This document shows positions 55,863 to 64,000 of a stretch of 64,000 nucleotides of DNA, in pieces (positions within the stretch are counted from its first letter, which is position 1; each line of letters starts with the position of its first letter). A program made the translations under genes and the position numbers. The DNA is taken from the IMG/VR virus record IMGVR_UViG_3300033144_005375, positions 18,296 through 82,295 of that record; one strand, 5' to 3'. The notes beneath the pieces are model-generated. The model saw only the letters and a list, made by a program, of their open reading frames with translations, searched no databases and was not told the origin of the DNA. This DNA comes from a virus.

Positions 55863-56152
55863 CGCACACCGTCCGGAACGGCCACCCACACGGTCGTGAT
55901 GGTTTCCTTCTGCTCGACCTCGGGAAGCCTGAGCACCTTGTCGTCACTCCACCCCTCGGTGGTGTAGATCCCGTGCTCGGAGTTGCACCCGTACTCGAAC
56001 TCGTAGAACTTCCCGTCGTCCTTCGCTCGGAAGATCACGGTGATGGGGGAGTACCCGCTACCGGAATCGTAGGCCCCTTCTTCACGATGCACGGTGTCGT
56101 CCTGCTCGAAGACCACGTCCTTGATGTACTCGAATCGAAATTGCCTGGACAT
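55859..56152 (-). CDS. Hypothetical phage protein
   Basis: VIFRAKDDGKFYEFEY...EVEQKETITTVW; GGAG RBS. Confidence 0.65.
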   Translation of the reverse strand: MSRQFRFEYIKDVVFEQDDTVHREEGAYDSGSGYSPITVIFRAKDDGKFYEFEYGCNSEHGIYTTEGWSDDKVLRLPEVEQKETITTVWVAVPDGVR

Positions 56153-56157
56153 GCCGT

Positions 56158-56373
56158 CTACTCCTTGGCCTCAACGGCAGTAGCGAGAGTTTCCAACCCT
56201 TCCTTCACGGCGATCCCGAGAAACTCCACCGCCCCAGGCTCCTGCTGAGAACCCTTCCCGAGCGCACGAAGCTCGAACGCCACCGCAAAAAGGGCACCTG
56301 CGATCAACGCACAGCCTCGTTCAGTGGGATCTTCGGACTCGAGATATTCCTGGACTTTGTCTTCCGTCAACAT
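56158..56373 (-). CDS. Hypothetical protein
   Basis: ATG at 56373; contains GAVEFLGIAVKEG. Confidence 0.55.
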   Translation of the reverse strand: MLTEDKVQEYLESEDPTERGCALIAGALFAVAFELRALGKGSQQEPGAVEFLGIAVKEGLETLATAVEAKE

Positions 56374-56428
56374 CAAGGCTTCTACGCGGCCACTTTTCAC
56401 GAAAGAGATTGACTCTCGACAACCTCGG

Positions 56429-56911
56429 CTACCGTGGCCCACGCGCGCACCTGGTGGACCCGCGCAAAGTACGTTTCACTTTAGAGAGCGATCCGTATCC
56501 ATTCGTGCGAAGCCACGCGTCCACGGCCGTCCAAGTGGTCTTGTACCCCAGGTACGCCGTCGCATCTCCAGACCCGACAGACGGTTGGTTCTCTGTCGCT
56601 CTGTGGAACCGGAAAATCCCCTTCTTGATGATTTCAAGATCATGGGTAGCCCGGAGAGGTTCGATCCCCATCTCCCGACAGAGCTGGGGGAGAGAACTTT
56701 GTCTATTACGGAGCCACGCGTTCACGGTCGACCAAGTGGCCTTGTAACCCACGTACTCCGTCGCATCTCCAGAGTTCACAACCGGGCGTTTCCCCGTCAC
56801 CTGGCGATGCCGACGAATCCCCTCCTTGATGTCCTCAAGATTGTGAGTCTTGTAGATCCCGAGGAGAGTCCCCAGTTCGGCACAGTTGCGGGCCTGTTGT
56901 GCGCCTCTCAC
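56429..56911 (-). CDS. Helical-repeat protein (2 repeats)
   Basis: Two THxLExIKxGI...P...SGDATxYxGYKxTWxxVxAWLR units. Confidence 0.75.
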   Translation of the reverse strand: MRGAQQARNCAELGTLLGIYKTHNLEDIKEGIRRHRQVTGKRPVVNSGDATEYVGYKATWSTVNAWLRNRQSSLPQLCREMGIEPLRATHDLEIIKKGIFRFHRATENQPSVGSGDATAYLGYKTTWTAVDAWLRTNGYGSLSKVKRTLRGSTRCARGPR

Positions 56912-58629
56912 CGTGCCACCCCCGAAATCTTGTTGCGTCCTTTCTTGGGGAGTCCAAGCTCGTCACAGAATTTTGAGACCGAGGACCCGTGATGGTTGCG
57001 GAGCCACCCGTCCCAGGCTTGGAGATCCAACTGTACGGGGCGGTGACCGTGCTTCTTGAAAAAATCCATCATCACGATACGCGCCTGCTCCAAAGTCCTG
57101 CTGTACTGCCACTCCTTCGGCAGACCGAGTGCATCGCAGAACTTGCGCAATGATGACCCACGATACTCAAGCCATCCCTGCCAAGCTGGCAGGTCCTTTT
57201 TCCGCGGTCGTTTTCCGTTCTCCTTGTAGAACCCGAAGACGACTTTGCGCGCTTCCTCCTCGGTTCGGTCCATTCGCAAGAGAGGGGCGTATCCCATTTC
57301 GTCACACACCGCAGGCAAATTCGTGCCGCGAGTCCGGAGCCACCCGTCAACCTTCTGCATGTCTTTGACCCCGGGCCGACGACCATACTTCTCGGCAAAT
57401 TTACGAATCTCGGTTCGGACTGAGCCCATCGTCCTGCCTCGTACCTCGGGACGTTTCGCTGAGAACCCCATCTCTTCACCGAGTCGGGGTAACGAGATGT
57501 CCTGCGACCGAAGCCACCGCGCGAGCTTGGGGAGATCCCGATGTCTCGGCCGATGCCCGTGGGTCTCGTTAAATTCCCCGACTTCGTGTCGAGCAATCTC
57601 CATGGTGTAGCCGTCTACGGGAAGTCCCATTTCATCGCACAGCTCCCGAAGACTGCTGTCATGTCGCTTGAGCCAGTCGGCTCCTTTTCGTACCTCCTTA
57701 TTCATCGGGCGCCGCTTCTCACGGTCGTAGAACTTTTGGACCTCTTGGGTCACCTGCTTTTTGGAAAGCCTCACACTGGCCTTCCCGGGGTGCGCAACCC
57801 GGGAAGACAGTCCCATATCATTACAGACGCCGTGGAGCGTAATGCCTTTGTGGTGTGCTCGGAGCCAACTACACCAGGCCCCCATCTCTTTGTTCGTTGG
57901 ACGGCTCCCGTGCTCGTTGAAAAATGCCTGAAGATCCTCACGGAGGCGAAGCATGGAACGACGCTTTCTGCGACCTTCAGGAAGCCCCATTTTGTCACAG
58001 AGCTTCGATAGGGTCGTACCCCTTCTCCTCAAGAAGTTGACCCACTCAATCATCTCCTTGTTCGTTGGACGGCGCCCTTCCCGGTCGTAGAGCCGCTGGA
58101 TTTCCTCACGGACCCGTTTGATCGTGCGTGGGGTCTTTCCTGTGGGGAGCCCCATTTCGTCGCACAAATCGTGGAGCGACATCTTGTGGTGGTGGGCAAG
58201 CCACTGGTTTTCGCCCGTCATCTCCCGATTCTTGGGCCGTCTACCCTCCCGGTCGTAGAACTTCCTGATCTTCCGTTCGATGCCCCCCTTCGTGCGCCCG
58301 AAATTCCGACCTCCGGGAAGTCCAAATTTCTCGCAGACCTTGTGAATCGAACTGCCGCGCCGCATCAACCACGCGTCCACGTTACGGAACCCATCTTGAT
58401 CTCTCGGGCGACGCCCGTGCCTCTTGAAGAAAGCGAGAATTTTGGTCTCCACACTTCCCATCGTTCTTTTCACGCTCTCCTTGCGATTGCGAGGCTCCGC
58501 GAGTCCCAACAAGACCGCCACACCATGGCAAGTCCGAGCTTGCGGACTTTCCAGCTTTGCCAGATCGAAACCGTCGATCTCCCCCTCGGCTCCTTCGTCA
58601 CTCATGTGGTCGGTCTTGTCGAAAGTCAC
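56908..58629 (-). CDS. Helical-repeat array protein (9 repeats of about 55 aa)
   Basis: RT..V...I..F...HGRRP...D.....WL...G.SL...CDEMGLP repeated nine times; GTGA overlap with the helicase stop. Confidence 0.8.
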   Translation of the reverse strand: MTFDKTDHMSDEGAEGEIDGFDLAKLESPQARTCHGVAVLLGLAEPRNRKESVKRTMGSVETKILAFFKRHGRRPRDQDGFRNVDAWLMRRGSSIHKVCEKFGLPGGRNFGRTKGGIERKIRKFYDREGRRPKNREMTGENQWLAHHHKMSLHDLCDEMGLPTGKTPRTIKRVREEIQRLYDREGRRPTNKEMIEWVNFLRRRGTTLSKLCDKMGLPEGRRKRRSMLRLREDLQAFFNEHGSRPTNKEMGAWCSWLRAHHKGITLHGVCNDMGLSSRVAHPGKASVRLSKKQVTQEVQKFYDREKRRPMNKEVRKGADWLKRHDSSLRELCDEMGLPVDGYTMEIARHEVGEFNETHGHRPRHRDLPKLARWLRSQDISLPRLGEEMGFSAKRPEVRGRTMGSVRTEIRKFAEKYGRRPGVKDMQKVDGWLRTRGTNLPAVCDEMGYAPLLRMDRTEEEARKVVFGFYKENGKRPRKKDLPAWQGWLEYRGSSLRKFCDALGLPKEWQYSRTLEQARIVMMDFFKKHGHRPVQLDLQAWDGWLRNHHGSSVSKFCDELGLPKKGRNKISGVAR

Positions 58630-60650
58630 GGCGTGGCCTCCATGTTCTTCTGACGCCACGCCATGACAGTTTCCTTGGAGACCGGATGGGCTTGAAGGTA
58701 CGCGTTGACCACACGCCAACTGGTTTCGTACCCCACGTAGGGCGTGGCATCACCGGACGAACTCGTGGGAGGTTTGCCGTGTTCCTCGATGTACTTCACG
58801 GTGCCGGCCATGATGTTGTCGGTGCGGTGTAAAATCCCGACAGTCCTACGCATACTCCGCTCGATCTCTTTGGCGTCACGCCCCGTCAACCGGGAAACCA
58901 TGCGCCAGTTCTTCTTCGACATCGGAGGATCGAATTTGATCTTCCCCCTGTGCTCGCGCACGACGTACTCATCGAACAAGGCGTTGAAAGCCCCCGGAAT
59001 GAGGTCCACAGGGCTCCCCACCGAAGACTTTCGAGACTTGTCCGCAGGGTCCGGCTTCTTTGGCTTGAACATCCTGCGATACGCCAGAGCAAGGGCCTCC
59101 AGCATCGCCTCCCGAGTGTCCTCATCCTTGACGACCGCCGTCACCCGAAGACGCAACAACATTTTCCCTCGGTCATCGAGCCCGAATTTCTCCGCAACAC
59201 GATCCATTTCCGCGAGGCTCAGACTGTCTTCTTCGGGCCGAAGGAACTTGAACGCCACATCAACAGCTTGCATCTCCTCATCCGTGGGCTGGAGCTTGGA
59301 CTCGATCTCGTCGAGGTCCACAGACACAGGTGCCGCAGGAGTGTTGAATTTCACCACGTCCCGGATCACCGACACGAGCATCTGCCCGGCCTCATGGTCC
59401 TCGAGATGCCCAGCCATGAGCAACGCCATCCGAAGGTGGGCGGACTCGAAGGCAGGACGCGCCATCTTGACCTTCATCTCTTTCGTGAACTCCGGCACGA
59501 AGAACGTGATCCGAGCGATCTCAGGATGAAGATGCCCCGTGATGCCCTCCTTGGTTCGGAAAGCGCGACCCCAACGCTGGTTGGTGCGTCGAATCGATTT
59601 CGGGAATCCAACGTGATAGACGTGGCTGCACAGAGGCCAGTCGGTGCCCTCGTTGAACCGCGCGCAAGCAACGATCACATCCGCCTCTGAGTCGTCGATG
59701 TGGGTCACCTCGCGCTCCGTGGCCAGGAGAGCAACCAAACTGTCCTGGAACGCTTTACCGGTGCCCACCGCGTTGTGGACCCTGGCCTTGTCGCCGCCGC
59801 GGTACGGAACGCGCTCCTTCTGGAACGCCTCCACAACACGATGACTCCACGACTTGGATTTTCCGGGAGGAACGATCACAATTACCTTCGGGTAACCATC
59901 CCTGCGCCACTCGCGAACCATTTTCTTGATCGCCCCGGTGCTGATGCGCCTGGGGAGCTTCCGCCCGTAAAGCTCATCGTTGGTACGCACCCGATAACCG
60001 GAAAGCCCCACCGCGTGGATCTCAAAGTACTTCGGGGCGTAGCGTTTCCCATCCACATCCGGCAACGAATGCTGGGCGATGGAGCGGCGCACCTGGACGA
60101 AACTTTCGTCGTACACCCGTAGACCATCCGTTCGGTAAGGCGACGCGGATACTATGGCCAAACACCCTCCACGGTCTGTCCACTCCTTGCGCTTCTTGCT
60201 GATAAGAGGCGCATCGTCTGTGGTTTCCACGGTACTCCCGTGAGCCTCGTCCACGAACAACACCCACCCCGTCAAATCCTTGGGTAGCGAAATGCCGGTG
60301 AAAGACTGACGACAGACCACCGCAGCGAACGGCCGATCCTGCCAGTGTTTCCGGAGCCATTTCCCGACAACCCGTTTGGTGCTTGGCGCCCCGTTGTAAA
60401 TGGTGGGCTCGAACAGACTTTCCGGAGCAGCCCCGTTCTTCATGAAACTGTCTCGGATCGTCACCATCGGAACCGTCACCACGGCGCCGTTCCAGTCCCC
60501 TCGACTCAACTCGGCAATAACGGAGGAGACCACGGTGGACTTCCCGGCCCCGGTCGGGGCGTTGTAAAGCACATCCCGACCATCGTGAAGGGCCCCGAGA
60601 AGGGCTTTGCGGTGCTTGACTTGGTATGGGCGGAGTTTGAACTTCGTCAT
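58626..60650 (-). CDS. Superfamily 2 helicase/ATPase with a C-terminal helical repeat
   Basis: LRPYQ, APTGAGKS, VDEAH, SASPYRTD, FNEGTDWP and QRWGRAFR. Confidence 0.88.
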   Translation of the reverse strand: MTKFKLRPYQVKHRKALLGALHDGRDVLYNAPTGAGKSTVVSSVIAELSRGDWNGAVVTVPMVTIRDSFMKNGAAPESLFEPTIYNGAPSTKRVVGKWLRKHWQDRPFAAVVCRQSFTGISLPKDLTGWVLFVDEAHGSTVETTDDAPLISKKRKEWTDRGGCLAIVSASPYRTDGLRVYDESFVQVRRSIAQHSLPDVDGKRYAPKYFEIHAVGLSGYRVRTNDELYGRKLPRRISTGAIKKMVREWRRDGYPKVIVIVPPGKSKSWSHRVVEAFQKERVPYRGGDKARVHNAVGTGKAFQDSLVALLATEREVTHIDDSEADVIVACARFNEGTDWPLCSHVYHVGFPKSIRRTNQRWGRAFRTKEGITGHLHPEIARITFFVPEFTKEMKVKMARPAFESAHLRMALLMAGHLEDHEAGQMLVSVIRDVVKFNTPAAPVSVDLDEIESKLQPTDEEMQAVDVAFKFLRPEEDSLSLAEMDRVAEKFGLDDRGKMLLRLRVTAVVKDEDTREAMLEALALAYRRMFKPKKPDPADKSRKSSVGSPVDLIPGAFNALFDEYVVREHRGKIKFDPPMSKKNWRMVSRLTGRDAKEIERSMRRTVGILHRTDNIMAGTVKYIEEHGKPPTSSSGDATPYVGYETSWRVVNAYLQAHPVSKETVMAWRQKNMEATP

Positions 60651-60653
60651 GAC

Positions 60654-61517
60654 CTACTCCCCGTCCTTTCCAGTTCCTGTTGCCAAGGGACGTGTTCCGT
60701 GCTCCTTGTAGTATTTCCGGATGCCCTTCTCGATGTCCTTGAGGTTGTGGGTTCCCACCCCCCGTTCAGGAAACAATTCGTTGAGATACAGAGGGATCTC
60801 CCGATCCTCACTGCGCAGCACCAATGAGGTCTTCAAAAGAAACTTCATCTGCTCGAGGGTTTCCGCGAAGGTCACTTTGGAGGAGTTACTCTCCCACTGA
60901 CGCAGTAAACGACCGAGCGTTTGAGTCACCCCGCGCCGATAGGCACGTTCCGCGGGACTCTGGGGAGCGAGCCCAGAGGTAGCCGTCTCTTTGGCAACTT
61001 TCCACCTGTTTCCGTTGAACACGTCGCCGAGAGCAACACGTCGCATAGGGGCCATGCTCTTGACCGCCTCCTGCAACGGCTGCCATGCCGCTTCCAAATC
61101 CTCCTTTGAATAGCAAATCGCCATCAACCGAGACGCCAAAATGTGAGGGAGCTCCTCTCCCCGGCAAAGGGCCTCATGGAGACTCACCGCATCAGGGTCT
61201 CCAGAGACTCCCTCACCGTCCTCGTCCAGAAAACTGCGACCAAAATAGTCAATGGGATCGTGAAGCATCGGATCACCAGACCACTCCGCACGCATCAGGA
61301 TGACGCAATAAGGAGCACCCTCCGGCACCGTGCCAGTCGGGAACTTCGAACTGTGCACCGCCTTCGCAATGTTCCAGTTCTTGTAGCCGTGACTTGATGC
61401 TACAGCATGGAGACAGTTGACGTGACCGAGCTCGATGCCCTGTTCCGCGAGATGCTGACGCAGCAGCTTGGCCTGAGTTTTGAGAGATGGGATGGTAGAC
61501 GAATTTGTGCTGTCCAT
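60654..61517 (-). CDS. Protein with an N-terminal Glyoxalase_8-like helical domain and a C-terminal half repeat
   Basis: LKTQAKLLRQHLAEQGIELGHVNCLHAVASSHGYKNWN; ends THNLKDIEKGIRKYYKEHGTRP. Confidence 0.75.
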   Translation of the reverse strand: MDSTNSSTIPSLKTQAKLLRQHLAEQGIELGHVNCLHAVASSHGYKNWNIAKAVHSSKFPTGTVPEGAPYCVILMRAEWSGDPMLHDPIDYFGRSFLDEDGEGVSGDPDAVSLHEALCRGEELPHILASRLMAICYSKEDLEAAWQPLQEAVKSMAPMRRVALGDVFNGNRWKVAKETATSGLAPQSPAERAYRRGVTQTLGRLLRQWESNSSKVTFAETLEQMKFLLKTSLVLRSEDREIPLYLNELFPERGVGTHNLKDIEKGIRKYYKEHGTRPLATGTGKDGE

Positions 61518-61683
61518 GATCGTGATCCTTCCTGGTGAGACCCTTAAGAGTTCCGTGCTCGCGTTACGGGGTCTGGGTCTCGAGGAGTGGTCAACGACCA
61601 GGGTTGGAGACGCAGGGTTCGTCAGCGGAGCTTTACCGAGTCTCCCGGGGGAGATGCGAGCGGTAGGCGCTCCTGATGCCTTC
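61518..61683 (-). ncRNA. Candidate structured leader RNA 2 (possible pseudoknot)
   Basis: Stems AGGC/GCCT, TCTCC/GGAGA, TGGTC/GACCA, GAGACCC/GGGTCTC and CCGT/ACGG; the last loop contains GCGAGC, complementary to upstream GCTCGC. Confidence 0.5.
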
Positions 61684-61760
61684 ACCCCTTCTACCCCATC
61701 TTTTTTCACGAACAGCTCAACGAACGATCAACTGCCCCATCCGGGCTGTCCGAGCCCAGT

Positions 61761-61796
61761 CCCTCTTGATCCCGGGGTGACCCTCTTGATCCCCGG
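61761..61796. repeat. Tandem 13-bp direct repeat CCCTCTTGATCCC, 20-bp period
   Basis: Copies at 61761 and 61781, in the divergent intergenic region. Confidence 0.7.
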
Positions 61797-61878
61797 ATCA
61801 GCGGCTTTTTTCGTGAAAATCCCAGTTTTGCTGTCAGGTGCTGTCAGCTCTCGGTGTCTACGGAGTGGACCTAATGAA

Positions 61879-62406
61879 ATGGGAATCACGAACGACCTAC
61901 ACACGCGCTGCCACCTCAACCGCCTACGCCGGCACCACGATGCCATGATGGCCCTGAGAGACGACTCGAGGGCCCAGGAGGAGTTCGAGCTCCACGCCTG
62001 GGCCTTCGCCCGGATACTCATCACGTCGGACTACATGAAGCACCTGCTCGATGACATGGTCCAGTGCCATCACCGGCAGACCACCATCTGGGAGATCGAC
62101 GCCGAGTTGGACCGAGACCAGTACCCCAACGCGATCCCTCCCATCTGGGCTCTCGAACTCGTCGAGCTCATCCTCCGTGCCTGCTCCGTCATGAGCAGCG
62201 TCGACTCCAACCACAACACCGAGTTCTACGGAGTCTGGGACGCCTTGAACATGATCGAAGAGTGGAGGCCCTTCGGCAACTACACCAACGCGATCCTCAC
62301 CACCATCTCTGAGGAGGACTACACGAAATGGAGTCGCGGGGGGCTCAACCCCAACTCGTGGCTTGGGTTCCCCATGTTCCTGAAAAAGATCCCCGACGCC
62401 AATTAG
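61879..62406 (+). CDS. Hypothetical protein
   Basis: Protein-like from MGITNDLH; GGAG upstream; GC3-rich codons. Confidence 0.65.
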   Translation: MGITNDLHTRCHLNRLRRHHDAMMALRDDSRAQEEFELHAWAFARILITSDYMKHLLDDMVQCHHRQTTIWEIDAELDRDQYPNAIPPIWALELVELILRACSVMSSVDSNHNTEFYGVWDALNMIEEWRPFGNYTNAILTTISEEDYTKWSRGGLNPNSWLGFPMFLKKIPDAN

Positions 62407-62435
62407 AAAACCCCCGCTCCCGAAGGAACGAGGGT
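62407..62435. terminator. Hairpin with a minus-strand UUCG loop and U-tract; possible intrinsic terminator
   Basis: AAAACCCCCGCTCC-CGAA-GGAACGAGGGT immediately after the 62406 stop. Confidence 0.5.
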
Positions 62436-62510
62436 CTTCACTGGCCGAAGCCGCTATTTCTAGCGGGTGACGGTCAGCCTGGTGAGGCCGCGCGGGTTGT
62501 AGGCCAAAAC

Positions 62511-63044
62511 ATGTTAGAAAGAATGATGACGATGACGGCAGCCTCATACCAAAACGAGTCTCTTTCTTGGGAAGAGCGGTACGCTCAACTTGAGAAACAC
62601 CACGAAGAAGAGACTGCGCGGCTCGCCACGGAAATCGAAAACTACAAGAAGCCCCCTTACGCCAGAACTACCATCATGAAAAGCGCGGAGGTTGACGAGT
62701 TGATCGAAAAGGGAATCAAATTTCCCATTCGTACGCTCCACGGCCTTGAGTTCCGTGGGCTGCTCGGGGACATCGTAAAAGAAGTCACCTTGGAGCCTAC
62801 GGGTGAAAAAGACCAATACCAAGCCAGAGTTGTCATCGTTGTCCGATGCGTCGAATCTGGATTCGCTAATCGGGAGGTCATTTTTGAAACTCAGGTCGAT
62901 GCCTCCACGCAGTCTCTCCAAAGAGGGCTCACCGTAGAACAAGAGATCGTCCTGGGTCTGCTCCAGCATCTTGTCTCCCACGAAATACAGGAAGACCTGC
63001 GCCTCGACGGAAAGCACATCGTTACCCCGAAACACGAAATTTGA
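62511..63044 (+). CDS. Hypothetical protein
   Basis: N-terminal coiled coil; C-terminal HEIQExLRLDGxxIxxPxH; start uncertain. Confidence 0.6.
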   Translation: MLERMMTMTAASYQNESLSWEERYAQLEKHHEEETARLATEIENYKKPPYARTTIMKSAEVDELIEKGIKFPIRTLHGLEFRGLLGDIVKEVTLEPTGEKDQYQARVVIVVRCVESGFANREVIFETQVDASTQSLQRGLTVEQEIVLGLLQHLVSHEIQEDLRLDGKHIVTPKHEI

Positions 63045-63206
63045 AGTCTGGACGCTCTCCATCCTTCTGATCTCGCTACCCCTTCTTCGGACGCCGACGA
63101 ACCCAAGGCTCCGACCATCGGGTTCTCGGTCTTTGAAAACTTGACCGGGATCCGACCGAACGTCGCGATAACCGGATTCAAGGGCTTGGATCACCGCTAG
63201 ATCGAT

Positions 63207-63998
63207 CTAAGCCCTGCGGAACACGAGGATCGGCTCCGTGGCGCGCTCCTTCACCCGGTTCAGTCGAGCAAGCGGCATCCCCAAAGTCCTCTCGTACTCG
63301 AACCCCACTTCCAGAGCCAGAGCCTTCACGCGATCCGGCAACGGGAACACCTCTTTGCGGTGCCGAACATCAGCCACGTTCAGCGCCAGCACCCCACCCT
63401 TCCGAAGCCCCTCGTGTGATCGTTGGATGAGCGGCTTCATGAACCCCTCGATCCACTTCTCGAACGTGGAAAAGCTGCGGAAGGACTGCGCCTCACTTTC
63501 ACCGTAGTGCTCCACGTTGAAATACGGAGGCGACGTGAACACCATGTCCACCTCGGGCACCTTGAAAGTCTGGGCCGGCTGGAGAACCACCTGGGCCTCG
63601 TAGCCCAGAGCTTCCGCCAACTTCTGGTTCCCCACCACGGTCTCGGGCTCGACATCGGTGCCGACGTACTCGACCCCAGCCGCAGCCGCCCCCATGAGGC
63701 GTCCTCCCCATCCCGCACAAGGGTCCCAGACGCGCCCTCCCTTCGGACAGTACGTTTCGTACATGAGTTTTGCCACGGCTGGACGGAACACTCCTGGGGT
63801 CCGGCAGCCCATGGTGAGCGCCTGGAGGACGCGATCTGGAAGTACCGGATCCCCGTAGCGGAGCTGAAAACGGGCCGCCTTGAACAATGCCTTGTCCTCA
63901 TGCCATTTTTCGTAAGCGGAGGCACGACCTCGATAGGAGCTTCGATACCGGTGGGGAAAAAAGGAAGCACAGGCCCTCGTCCCCCTCCAAGACTGCGA
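63207..63998 (-). CDS. Amino (N4-C/N6-A) DNA methyltransferase, 5'-truncated by the window end
   Basis: WDPCAGWGGR SAM-binding motif and FTSPPYF catalytic motif; frame is open to the window end. Confidence 0.88.
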   Translation of the reverse strand, partial: SQSWRGTRACASFFPHRYRSSYRGRASAYEKWHEDKALFKAARFQLRYGDPVLPDRVLQALTMGCRTPGVFRPAVAKLMYETYCPKGGRVWDPCAGWGGRLMGAAAAGVEYVGTDVEPETVVGNQKLAEALGYEAQVVLQPAQTFKVPEVDMVFTSPPYFNVEHYGESEAQSFRSFSTFEKWIEGFMKPLIQRSHEGLRKGGVLALNVADVRHRKEVFPLPDRVKALALEVGFEYERTLGMPLARLNRVKERATEPILVFRRA

Positions 63999-64000
63999 GC

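Noticed and set aside
380-60827. Many long + strand ORFs (e.g. 21224-22333, 25057-26346, 29688-31391, 47830-49350)
   Set aside because: They are antisense shadows of GC3-rich minus-strand genes, with no recognisable motifs.
61570-61630. tRNA-like fragments on the + strand (GAGTGGTCAA and GCAGGGTTCG)
   Set aside because: No acceptor stem, no GTTCRA T-loop and no anticodon arm. Better explained by the minus-strand structured leader.

Overview
The window is a GC-rich, densely coded segment that is almost entirely on the minus strand and looks like part of a large contractile-tailed phage (or a prophage or phage-like contig). Positions 1-33.4 kb are a virion and morphogenesis module: the N-terminus of a tail sheath, neck and tail-completion-like genes, an actin-fold ATPase, long Gly/Thr/Ala-rich fibre proteins, four tandem paralogues and an inserted homing-endonuclease-like gene. 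Positions 33.4-42.1 kb hold three large paralogous multidomain proteins with LDLFTRPP repeats and a GNAT-like domain. Positions 42.2-64 kb are an accessory or early region: sulfotransferase, Tpt1/KptA, ClpS, an Acb2/Tad1-like protein, DUF488, RNase HII, a degenerate GyrB fragment, NADAR, peptide deformylase, a receiver protein, vWA, an SF2 helicase with helical-repeat partners, and a DNA methyltransferase. The most notable observations are: (i) two ~160-nt structured leaders with parallel architecture, each ahead of a gene with a small basic helical N-terminal domain; (ii) a four-gene helicase and repeat-array operon; (iii) apparent mimics of virion or host proteins in the accessory region; (iv) two recurrent promoter-like motifs, one implying leaderless mRNAs; (v) several conserved genes broken by apparent internal deletions. 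All family assignments come from motif recognition by eye. No database search or folding software was run.
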